DNA from: Harriotta raleighana
Lineage: Eukaryota
Assembly: GCA_050575255.1 (NCBI GenBank)
Contig: JBNZDD010013718.1
Location: forward strand, 5,678,334 to 5,742,333
Length of the DNA: 64,000 nt
Reading direction: 5' to 3'
This document shows, in pieces, positions 14,006 to 26,158 of this stretch. Position 1 is the first letter of the stretch; each line of letters starts with the position of its first letter. The notes under the pieces were generated by a model, which saw only the letters and a program-made list of their open reading frames with translations, did no database searches and was not told the origin of the DNA. A program made the position numbers and the translations under genes.

Positions 14006-16070
14006 CTTGTGGTAAGTATGACAAGTAAGTGACAAACTGTTTAATAGCTGAAGCTATCTCAAGCTATCTCTTGTATCAATTGATCTAAAGGTGGGCAGCT
14101 TATGTCAAAATGGAATGCCTCACTAAAATTGGTGTCAGGCACAACTGACCATCCAAAGAGAGATCAAAGGATCTTACTGGAATTGCTCCATTTGGATCTT
14201 TCCCCTAATTCTACATTGCAGTCATTCAGCAGCTTCATATAGAAAATGAGCATTTTAAATGCCAGCATTATAATGAGAAAACTGAGTCTTTCCTTTCCCC
14301 TCCAGTAATAACTGGGATATATGAATATGTACTCTCGTGATGTATTAAAGATGGCTCTTAAAATCCTTGGAAGAAGTTATAGGAAAAATAGTGAAATCCC
14401 TTAAAATGATTGAGGACAGACCACTTTCCCCCCCCCTTCTTTCTTCTTTTTCTATCCCCTCCACCCACCACATCACTGTCATTTTTTTTGTCAGTGCATT
14501 AATAATTGATTCAGTTTAACAGGGACAAGAAGCTCCTCCAATAACACAAGAAGCAGTTCGGTTGGAGTGGAGGTTCTGCCAGTCAAGCAGAAGATAAACG
14601 AGATTACATTTCAGAAGTCAAAACTGATAAGTTTTTGAATAACAGAAAAAATATTTCCACATGCTCCTGCTGCCAGCAGATCATCTAACAGTCTGAATCT
14701 TGTGAAAAAAAGAGTCTGTCTTAAATCATGATGAGTTATTATGCCAATTTAGAGTTATTCTTTTTTTTTAAAAAAATCCAGACATGGCTAATGGCAATTT
14801 CTATTCTCTTATTGTCTCTTGAAATCTTGTGAACTGTAGTAAAGAAATATGTGTCTAAAGTTTTTGATAGGTTAAAGAAATCCTTCCAAAGCTTCATATT
14901 TATCTTCAATGGGACATATATGCTGTCTTGTCATGTCCTGCACTTGACGTCTCAAGGAAAAGTTCTACCAAATGATTCTCTAACGTCTGACCATCTCTAT
15001 AACCTTATTCTGTGTTACGGAGCATGTTTGCTTTCTACATGCCATTCTCATGTTCTGTCCTCCACATTACACATTATAAGATTCCTTTGTTTAAAAAAGA
15101 GTGAAGAGTTACTGAAATGGTGCCCTTGATCAATGAATTTGCAGTCACCTCCATACTGAGCGGAGATTAGCAAAAGTAGCAACAAAAGTTCCAATTTATT
15201 AAGGATATTCTTAATTTATAAAGTGATTTTAGACTGAATTGTCTTCCCAGTTCCCCTCACACTGTGCCTGTTCTACTATGTATAGAGACTGTATATAAAC
15301 ACTGTATTGAAAGTTAATATGTTTGCAATAAAGGCAATTTCTCTTTCTAATTCTTAATTAAGCTTTGCTTCCAGTCTTCAATTCTACTTTCTCCTGGGAG
15401 GGGTATTATGACCCATAGGATGTCTGGTTAGATGTTTAGATCATTCATGTTCTAATGGGAGAAAAAATATTTTGTAATTAACTCTGTATTCATAGTCATT
15501 TCATTTTTAATCTGTTTATTCTGCAAGTATGTCTTGGTACAGTCTATAATTTAATAGGTTGCAGACTGAAATGGACCTTTCTGCATTCAGACATTATTGG
15601 CTTAGAATTCTTTACTCCGATGGTAAATAATGACTGAAATAATTAGCCAGGAATGGTGGTTGAGGCCAGGACACTGGATTCATTTAAAAAGCAGCTTGAT
15701 GCTGTGATGGAAGGAAAGTGGGGTGGGGTAATATTACATAGACTGAAGAGCCTTCATCATTGACACCAAACATGTGATTTTGTGACGCCTTCAGGTTGGG
15801 GGTTTGGAGGGGGGGTAAACTCAAAGGAAATAATATACTAATCAGCCTTTAGGGAATAATCAAGTAAAATTGTTGGATTTTGCAAGTCACGATCTTCTGA
15901 AACTCTTCTGAAGTTTCAGAAGATCAATCGTTTCCATATAAACTTCATAATCTTTCCTGCATTCCTTAATAGAGACCTTTAATAATTCAATTTCTATGTT
16001 ATAATTTGATAATTTATCAAAATGTAATAGCTTCTTATTCAATTTGCATTTCGGATCTACCAAGTTCATT

Positions 16071-16170
16071 TGGAGTCCTGTAGCTCAGTGATTAGGGCAC
16101 TCACCTCACAAGCGAGAGACCAGAGTTCAATTCTCGGCAAGGAAAAAGTTTCCTTACTTCACATGCCTCT
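16071..16170 (+). mobile_element. tRNA-derived SINE head only
   Basis: A box TAGCTCAGTGA and B box AGTTCAATTC, same head as the copies at 18174 and 40452. Confidence 0.75.
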
Positions 16171-17733
16171 GTTTTCAGATTTACAGACGGGATGTGGGGT
16201 AGGGGGTTTGGATGCAGGGTAAGGCAGACAAAGGAGAAAATGGGATAGAGGATTTTTGCATCATTAAGACCTCTTTAAGCCATGATGATGGGTTCAAGAG
16301 TAGTCCTCTCTCATTTTCTCCTTTGCTTTCCTTGTCCTTGAACCACTACCTGACACTTCTGACTCAGAGGCAAAAGTGCTGCCGAGCCACACTGACATGA
16401 AGTTTAGACTGAGGTCTGCAGTATATGAACTATGAAGAGTATACACGACTCATTTGAAAATGTCTCTACAATTCATTCCTCAGAGTAGCAGGTTAGCTTC
16501 CAACTTCAGTCATTTCAAGATAACTTACCGGGAAACAATGAATGACAACCTTCCCCGCTTTGCATGGTTATAGGCACACCGCTCAGTGTTCGTTACACCT
16601 GTCGCTATTAGTCACGGGTCCAGCACTGGTTTTAAGTGCAGGACAGAATGACCACCACTCAAACAGCTCTGACTGATTGCTCTTCTGTAAATCTTTGAGA
16701 TACAAGACACTAAACAATGCAAAAGTCAAAGATCACTTCCGGCCCCTTTATCCATTAAGCAGCATATGTGCTACCTACAAGCAATTCCCAAATCTCCTCT
16801 ATCTAGAACTTTGCCTCCCTCCACTGCCCGAAGCATAGGAAATCCCCAAGCTATTCAGCAGAAGCAAATACAATTACCTTTACTGGCAACTTAATCTCAG
16901 TCTGCTAATCCCTCCAGTAGGCAAAGCTTTCCCTAAGGGATGGGGGAGGAAAATCATACTTATAGTACAGTATCTAGCATTAAGACCATTTGCCTATCAA
17001 ACATTCATTAAGGTGTGCTGAAGAGAGAGCATTGGATAAAGTGTTGAGGTTAAGACCCAACAGGATTCAGAGATGGGTAATCATTACATATAATGCACAT
17101 GTGAATGAGACGCACTTTGGGGCATAGAACTGAACTCAACCATTTTACGTAGATACACATTTTACTTTGTTACAATTGTTATTAGTGAAATACTACACAG
17201 AACAACATAATGCATTCAACTCAAACTAGGGCAATATGAAAGAATTGGTTAACAAAATACAGTACATATTGCCTGGCCCTTAATTTTTAATACAACTGTC
17301 TTAAGAAATAAGTGTAAGTAATTCTTTAAACAACAATATAAATCCAGATGAAATATCAGATCAATGAATAATCAGATCCTTTTTATATTCCTCTGTATTC
17401 CTCACCGCATGTGTTAAGTCCAACACACATTAATAGGTTCATATCTACCATCAAAGCCCATTGAGTTATTAAAAAATCTTTCCAGAATGATATCAGTTGA
17501 GTACACTAGGCTTCCTTGGCTAAACATATGTGAAAGAATGCAGCAAACTATAAAAATCTTAAACCACACAAAAAATTTGCATTTTAAAAATATATAGATT
17601 GGTTTCAAAAAACATTTAATATTGTAATTGATATTTATTTTAATAATATTGAGTTTACATCCCATCCGTTAGATAACAACAACAATAAAATTACATTTAT
17701 AAATATATTTACAAGCGCCTTTCACATCGGGAG

Positions 17734-17848
17734 ATAATAATAATATTTGCATTTGATGTAGCACCTCATCGCATCTTCAGGACGTCTCAAGGCACTTCAC
17801 AGAATATACTTTAAAGTGTAGTGACTGTGTATTTTGTGGGTGAAACTC
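17734..17848 (-). mobile_element. SINE tail fragment
   Basis: Reverse complement of the SINE tail. An L2-type (TTG)n tail fragment lies next to it at 17675-17733. Confidence 0.75.
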
Positions 17849-17913
17849 GTACTTAATAATGAAACTTATCCTTAAGGAAATTAACCTTATTTTTTGAGGA
17901 AACTTTTACTTAC

Positions 17914-17957
17914 CCACAGTATCACATGGCTCATTTTTGTGCACACAGAAGTCAGTC
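17914..17957 (-). CDS. ADAMTS17: ADAMTS17 coding exon 7 (44 nt, not in ORF track)
   Basis: (R)TDFCVHKNEPCDTV(G). Sites tttacag|G and G|gtaagt. Phase 2 to 1 links exons 6 and 8 in frame. Confidence 0.96.
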
Positions 17958-18173
17958 CTGTAAATCAATGTGAAGAGAAGGTTACTCTACAATGGTAAAA
18001 ACCTGCTAACATCAGGTCACAATACAAAACATTGTTTGAAAAAGTTAAAACAAGTCACTCTGAAGAGGAAAAAATAAAAACTTCAATCAGAACATTTATA
18101 AATCTAACTAATTATTATTCATGTAGAAAGCTATTTGATAAATGCAGCCAATTGAAATCCCACCCCTGCATGG

Positions 18174-18505
18174 TGGAGTCTTGTAGCCCTGTGGTTAGAG
18201 CACTCGCCCTACAAGCGAGAGACCTGGGTTCAATTCCAGGCAAGGCGAAACCTTGGGCAAGTTTCCTTACTCCACATGCCTAATAATAATCCATAAAAAT
18301 AAAAAAACAATAATAAATTGGTCATTTTCAAACCATGACTGTTTGTAGGACAGTGCTGTGCACAATTGGNGGCCCCTTTTCGCCCACAAATATACATATA
18401 TATATATATTTACAGTCAATTCACTTTACAGTACATTCTGTGAAGTGCTTTGAGATGTCTGAAGATGTGAATATATCACTATATCAAATGCAAGGATTAT
18501 TATTA
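18174..18505 (+). mobile_element. Full-length tRNA-derived SINE
   Basis: Head with A/B boxes and a CTCGC-loop-GCGAG anticodon-like arm (Val-like TAC/CAC across copies). Body ctgtttgtrggacactgctgtgcrcaattggc, L2-like tail, (TTA)n. A further tail copy lies at 18617-18708. Confidence 0.88.
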
Positions 18506-21500
18506 TAAGATTCAATCACACTTCGCTTTTCGCCAACAAAATAAACAACAACAAAATTACACTTGTATAGCGCCTTTCACATCGGGAGGACGTCCCAAAG
18601 TGTCAATTCAGTCAACTCAGTCAATTCACTTTACAGTATATTCTGCAAAGCACTTTAAGATGCTTTGAAGACATGATAATGCACTATATCAAGGCAAAGA
18701 TTATTATTTGTAATAATTTGTATTATTTTCACAAAGTACTTTATTCAACTCAAGCTGCTCTGCACCTGTACTTCAAATACAGTCATCTTATCAGTTCAAT
18801 TTGAAAGTTACTTGATACAAATTTTGTTATACAAAAATCCTTCTAACCTCTCGTTTTGACTGAGGCATTTCAATGTTTTAAACCAATGCCCTGCACGTTC
18901 AGCCTACAGGCAAGGCAATTAGCGCATTTAGCTCTACCTCATTCAATGCTATCAGCATTTTAAAGATCTAAGATATAATCCTGACACCTCAGAACCAGTA
19001 GTATTAATATTAAGTGGTTCTTGAGCCCCACAGGGCAAAGCATAATACACATGAACTTTGATAAACATTCCTGATTCCGGAGTTAGTTGGATTTAGTTGC
19101 TATGGCAAGAGGGGGAAGAATATGGTCTCTATACATCCAGTGGATAAATCCAAATGACAGGATTTCAGTTTAGTGAAATATGAAATATAATTTGGGAGAA
19201 AGAAAATAATTCTTAAAGCGGAAGAGTAGAGAGAGGGAATCATGAATACAGATATATTAGCCTTTAGACATACAGATGGTCATTTAAAAAAGTAAATGAA
19301 AAATTATATACAGTATATAGCTATAAATAAATGGTGATGTTGCACAGGACATTGAGTATATTGCTCACTATTGGCATGGTTGTATATAGTTTTGGCCATT
19401 CCAAGAGTTGAAAAAAAAGAAACACACTTACTTTGTGCTGAAAGGTGATTATTATAGCAAAATACTACTGAAATTGGGTAATGTTATGTTAAGAGTTAAC
19501 AAGATGGATGGATAACAGTACCAAACTGCAAAATATTCCATGAAACACAAAATTTGTGAAACATACAATGGTTGTAAATAGCTTTGATTGACAAATCCAC
19601 TGCAGCCTGCCAGAATTCAAGAGAAATTAACTCAATTCTGCACAAAGAACAAGAGCCAATGCAATGCAAGGTATTCCTTCCATACACCTCTCATTTGTAT
19701 CAGGATTAAACATGGGTGGGTGGGGGGGTGAAGAGAAAGAGAGAGGAGAATGAGCTGTTTCCTAACTATTGAGTACATTTTCTCCTACATAGAGTAGGAA
19801 TCCACAGCTGTCATTCAGTGTCAAAACACCTTACTCAGAACATTGCCCCAAACACAAGCACAGAGTAAGACTTGCTTGGTCCTGCTTTTTTGGCAACAAT
19901 CTAAAATCTTCCTCCATGGCCCAAGTTACTTGACTTCATCTCCAAGGTAACAAAATATTCATTTACATAAATGAAATCTCCCTTATGCCTACTAGCTCAT
20001 TTCAGCTCTCCGGAAAGGCTGCCAGACAATATTAAACTTGTGTTGTTGGCACTGGCGTCAGCCAAGCTTTATGGAACTGGACTCTATTTAACTTATTTCA
20101 ACAGTTGCTAAATTGAATGATTGCTGCAATGTTTTGGGAAGGGGTAATATTGTGGCAGGTCAACAAGAAACAGCCTTGGATAACTATCATTGTTTGAACC
20201 CAATCATCTTGAACCTTGATGCCCACATCACCCTAGACATTTCATAATACGTAATAATAATTATCAAAATTATAAGCTATCTTAAAGTTATTCGCTGAAT
20301 ACTGTAGATTTTCAATTTGATTATTTTGTACAGATTTCTTTCCTTTCCCAAAGGTTGTGCATATAATTTGTATTTTTTGAAAATTTGAATAACATTTGCT
20401 TTAAATAATCAACATTTCTTAAACTGGTAAAACAATCTGCACAACAGGGGGGTATTGAGAGAATGTTTATAGATTGAAAGGGAAATTAGATTTGTTAAAC
20501 AAGATCTGGGGCCCAGTATGGAAATCCCTCAGAGCACGAATGGATTCAATCTCCTTCAATTCCTTTTCACTCTACCAACCCCCAATCTTTCTGCACACTC
20601 CAATTTCACCAATAGTGCAATACTTTGTCACAATCAGTCAATTCCTGGATTTATCATACCTTACCTTCTAATATATAATAAAATCCCCAATACTACAAAT
20701 CCTCAGAGCCCCCAGAAAACAAGGGGATTGAAAAATGCCACATCAGATCAAATCGGTTATGAAACACATTTTTCACCCGAAGAATCAACAGATATGAATC
20801 CCACAAGGTGAGACTATTGCTCTTTCCTGAGCCTCCCTCAATGAGTTACAGTATTAATAAATTTTCCAACTGTACTATGCAGACAAAAGGTTGTTAAGCA
20901 ATGCCAGCATTCATTCAATGGAAAGCAGAACTCAACTGAATCTTCAACCTCTGGCATTCAAAGTCTCACTTTATATTTGTAGTGCGGACCAATTGTTAGT
21001 TATACATTTGGGATAGGAAAGTAACTCAAACAAACAAAAAGTGCTCAGTGCAAATTTCAAACCATAAATACTATTCGATCCCTTGGGCAATGAACTTTAA
21101 AAAGTGCTTGCTTAACTCTCATCCAGTACCATTTTGCACATGACTGAAGAAATAAATGGATAATGCAGAGCAGAGAGGTCATTTCACTTATAATGTAATA
21201 ATTGGCATCAGTCAAATGTTTGTTGCCCTATGTTAAAATGGAGAATTTTTTTAATGCAACAATTGCTGAAGTCAATGCAAAAATCACAGCATTAAATGTT
21301 TTGCACAATCCTTAAAGTCAATCAGATTGTAGTTGCCTAGCAAAAGTACATTAAGGGGGTAGTTTTGGCATTAAATTCATTCCTACTGTGCTGAGGCATG
21401 AAGATAGCACAGACCAATTCAGTCATAACTCAGAAAAAGGCCTGTCAAAGTTCCGGAAAGGTTTGTTTGAGATTACTAAAGCAATGAGAAAGACACTCAC

Positions 21501-24500
21501 TTAGCTTCTTCGCCCTCCTCCCACATCCCCCATCAAGCTAGTTTCTCCTCTTAACCTCCCCCCTACCTTCACAGCTGCCAATTTTACAGCAGAAAACTTT
21601 TTTCTAACAAGAAAAAGGAGATGGGGAATTGGTGTCCACTATTTATAATGCAGGAACCTAACTTGAGGTGAAGGGTTTTGTACAATTGTGAAATTGGAAG
21701 TAGAGCAAATAACAATATGGCCAGGTCATAAAGCATTTAGGTGTTTTAAAATGGCAGAAGCTCATGGCTTTGGCTTATAGAGTTATCAGGAGCCAAGTTA
21801 GAGGAATCACAGCTTCCATTGACTGCTTCCACATGAGACATCAACAAGGTCTTGGAGTATTATAAACCTGCCTGGCCCAGGTATTGGATCACTGAGACTT
21901 GGCTCCAGTCTCCTTTTGTCAGGCGAGTTACCCTGGAGCCAGCAAGGACCCAAAGGAACTCAACCCCTAAGGGATGTTGTGGGGGGTGGAGGAGGGGCGG
22001 GAGGAGATATTCACAAGTTGAGCATTGATGAAGTATGAAATGTCAAAAGTAAATATACTGAACTGAACTAAATATGGATTTCAATATGTGCTTCTCCACA
22101 ACTGGAGTTGAAGAGAAGCGTATATTTAAGACACTGAGGAAAAAGTTGGCAGCCACTTTTGGGAGTACATTGGCAGGCAGCAAAATGGTTTCCAGTCACT
22201 TCAGCAGCCAAACCATCAGTTCATGGCAGGCTGCCCTTCACAGTGGAGGTGCTCCCAAGAGAAAGCCCGTGACGCACACTACTCAGTGCTGTTACAAATC
22301 ACCTTTATTCACAGAAAACCTTAAACACACAAAACGCTCCACTGCCTCAGGGTTGACTTCAACTCACATGCTACTCAGATAAATCGAAACCCATTTTATC
22401 TGTGTGTATGTGTGTGTGTGTGTGCATATTTATATATAACATTGTAAAAAGCTTATTGAAGGTACAAGCTCAGATCAATTTTCTCATGAGCTGGTTTAGA
22501 ATAATTAATCAAAAGTGAATGAACTTTGGGCGGTATGCAGGCTGGAAATCTCAATGTGAATCAGGGCCTCAAAGCACCAAACACACTTCTTGGCCCTTTT
22601 GATAGTCATGTTTAAAGCCACTCTGTCAGTTTGCTTACTTTCTCCAAACATGGCTCGCTTACTTGAATTAAATACTAGTAAGTTTTTTTTTCTTTTTTAC
22701 CAAAAAAGCTCAGAGTTTTCACTAAAATTGGTTTGGAGACTGAAATGTGCCAGCAGCACATGTCAAGCAACTAACCATATTCGTTCCCCGATGCATCAGC
22801 TGGGAATCAAAATTATATTCAGATGAATTCCACTGGTCATTCCACAATTTTACGGAGGTTATTTTCCTAATCAGTTGGTATTAAGCAAGTCATTTTTATT
22901 GCTGGATATTTTGATGAATTTAATCCTGTGCCAAACCTGAATTTAATGACAGTGATTTGATTGCAAACAATTATTTACCAGGGATAGGGCTTCCTTTGGT
23001 ACACAGTTAGTTTAACATGTACTCTCTAGTAAATGGCTCAATGCACCCAATTCTTCCTCATATACTTTACTCCACCTATTTCACCTCCTGGAGGGAATAG
23101 GTTTTATGTAGGTGCCCTCACTCCCCAAAGAGTAATCAAAAGTCATCCGCCTTTGCATCATTTTGCAACATTGACTTCCTTTCCACAGATAACATTCCTC
23201 CTCCGCACCCCCCACCTTCAGTCTCAGCAACAAAGAAGTTTTTTGGAGGAGTTAAATGAGGCAATGCCAAAAGTAACACAGCCGTTAAAGAGAGCTATGA
23301 GACCTACAATGGACTTGATGATCAAGTGTTCAGGTCAGGCAGTCCACATACTCCAAGGTATCTTTGGCGATTTGCCAGCCTGTTTGAAGGAGTAGTCACA
23401 TCCCTGGGTAAATGGATTACTCAAACTCAACTCCTGATAATCCTGGCAGCTCTGTGTGTGTGGTGTGTGTGTGTGTGTGTGTGGATGGGTGGAAAGAAGA
23501 AATTTCAAAACCCATTCTAATCTTGCATGGTTAACATAAGGATCACGATGTTCAACGTTGATCCCAATTAATATCTCAGTTTGAAACCACCGGCCAGTTT
23601 TAATGCAGTATTTTGAGATATTCAGGTTGAAATTCATACCAAAAAGTATTTTAAAGTCACTAAAGGATTCAAATTATTCTGTGGTATCTCACACAGGCTG
23701 AAACTACAGCTCACAGTATGGTTGCTGCTCATCTGTATGAAGCTAATTAACAAGAACAGCAGGGACACTATGAAATGTTCACAGAAATTCCACTTTTACA
23801 CAAGCTTCCCTACACTTCAGGCTCCCAACTGTGTTCCTTTGTTGTTCTTCACTTAGGAAACCATTTTTAGTCCCATACTCAGGCACAGCTGGTGCTGAAA
23901 CACCTTGACATTTGCTGAAAACAAATCACTATGTAATGTATATACTGCACCAATAAAGACCAGGCATTGGGGGAACCTGTCAACTGGTAAAATAGATGGA
24001 AAACCGGCAGCTTCAACTAGAAAAGAATAGATGAATAAGAAGCCAATATCACCATATGCAACTTATCACTAAAATACTTTTTGAGGATCACATGAATACT
24101 TTGGTACATGTGGAAATGAGCTGCCAGCAGCGTAACCAAACTGAAGTTATTCTAAGCACTGTTAACAGGTGTTTACAGAATTGAGGTTTGAGCTGAATTC
24201 CTCAGTCTGCATTCCTGCTGTATCTGATCCACAAACGTGGACATTGCAGGCAAACCTGACTGCCTGCTCCATAATGATCCTCTCGAGACAAGACAACTCA
24301 GTCTGTACCAAAAAAAGCCTAGAATAAGAGCTGTAGGAACATGGAATAACAGTCACAGAAAGCGATAGATATGAAAACAGTTCATTCAGCCCACCCAGTG
24401 CATTCTGGTGTCTGTACTCCATTTGAGCTACATCTTCCTTTCTTACAAACCTCTATTCTCTTCTCCCTCACATTTCTAAACTATGCAAATGTTTGCCTAC

Positions 24501-24883
24501 AAATAGTCACTGTACTTCATAGTAAATCCTATTCAGTGCTTTCAAATATTGATTGTATGAAAAAGTGCTATATAAAATACAATTATTATTTATAAAGGGT
24601 TTGCACAAGAAGTTCAGTTTTTAGCCTTTCACTTGTACTCCAGACATGAAAGGCGATATACCAATGTAATTTTATTGTTATTATTTGAACTAACTGAGCC
24701 CTACTTTAAGAGCTCTGAGACGCCATTCCCCCTAATCAATGAAATGTCAACTCTGTAGCATTTCTGCCTAAAATTAAACTCATTGGATCAACAACAAAAA
24801 AGAAAACAAATCAAAGAAAAAATTCAAGAAATCACTTGAAACAAAAAGCACTGAGTGGAATATTGAGTAAATAGACTACAATT

Positions 24884-24995
24884 AATAATCCTTGCATTTG
24901 ATATAGAGCCTTATCACATCTTCTATGCATCTCAAATTCCTTCCCCGGATACACTTTAAAGTGAATTGACTGTATATTTTGTGCGCAATTGATAA
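24884..24995 (-). mobile_element. SINE tail fragment
   Basis: taataatccttgcatttgatatag...aaagtgaattgactgtatattt. Similar fragments at 2685-2747(+), 7103-7215(-), 11243-11345(-), 31955-32062(+), 32125-32200(-), 52480-52557(+) and 62560-62680(-). Confidence 0.75.
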
Positions 24996-26034
24996 ATAGT
25001 ACAATATTTGCAGAAATGGAATATGTCAAATTGCTCACGTCAAAATATAAATTCTATTCTTCAGCTGATGAACAACATTCTTGTATTTAGTTCAGGTTGT
25101 AGTGTATAACATGACGAGAAAATGAAATTACCAGTATACTTTATTCTTAAATCAGAAACCAGAGCCAAGGATCATTCAATAATGTGAAAATGAATGAAAT
25201 GTTCCAGTTTTAACAGCTGTCCAAACAATACAACAGTATGTAAGATCTCTTGTCAGAGCCAGGTTTATACTGAGATGAATGGAACATTTAAATTTTCCAT
25301 AATATTTAAGACTGTGTTTTGTCAATTGACAAAAAACTGATGAATCTCAGATCAGGCGATTACATTTCAATGACGGTCTACTGGTAAAATAAATCATTTT
25401 ATTAAAATAATCCCTGGATAGCTTTTTGTACTTCAAGCTATATAGCAACAAATGGAACACAGGAAAAGTTGGGGTAAGAAAAGACTAGTCTAGTCGACCC
25501 TCCAAAGCACACCATAACATATGGTTTGCATGAAACTAATCACGGATGTCAAGTGTTGACTCAAACATTTAAAAAATCCTTGCCTTGCTTGACGAGCATG
25601 TGCATTGGATGATCATGAGCTAACCAATTTACTAGTCTTANAGATGTCAAGTGTTGACTCAAACATTTAAAAAATCCTTGCTTTGGACGAGCATGTGCAT
25701 TGGATGATCATGAGCTAACCAATTTACTAGTCTTAAATACAGAAAATATAACCTACCAACGAGGCATTCTTGATCGCATGCATCAATTACCAACTGGAGT
25801 ATTAATGAGCCAATGTCAATAAACCAATTTTCCATGCATTTCAAATCCAAGGCTGGAAAGATTGACTACTGGAATAATTAGAACTAGCAGTGGGCCTTTA
25901 TGGGAGCAGAACATTGAGAGCAGGAAGCATCAAGGAGTTGGCACCACCTAGAAATCAAGCAGATCAATCTTGACTCAATGGAAGTTAGTGCAGTGAAGGA
26001 TAGCTCAACTCCGTGAATTATTTGATTTCACACA

Positions 26035-26158
26035 CCTTTAAGAGATATGGGGCAAGTGCAGATAACTGGACTTGAGGTATAGATGAGCCATGATCTTATA
26101 AAATGGTGGAACAGGCTTGAGAGGCTAGATAGACTACTCTGGTTTCTATGTATCTATG
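26035..26158 (+). mobile_element. CR1-like LINE 3' tail remnant
   Basis: agccatgatcttataaaatggtggaacaggcttgagaggct...tttctatgtatctatg resembles the reverse complement of the 29802 element. Confidence 0.6.

Noticed and set aside
18174-18245. tRNA-Val-like genes (also 16071, 40452, 47090)
   Set aside because: Each runs directly into SINE body sequence and lacks a proper acceptor stem, so these are SINE heads rather than tRNA genes.
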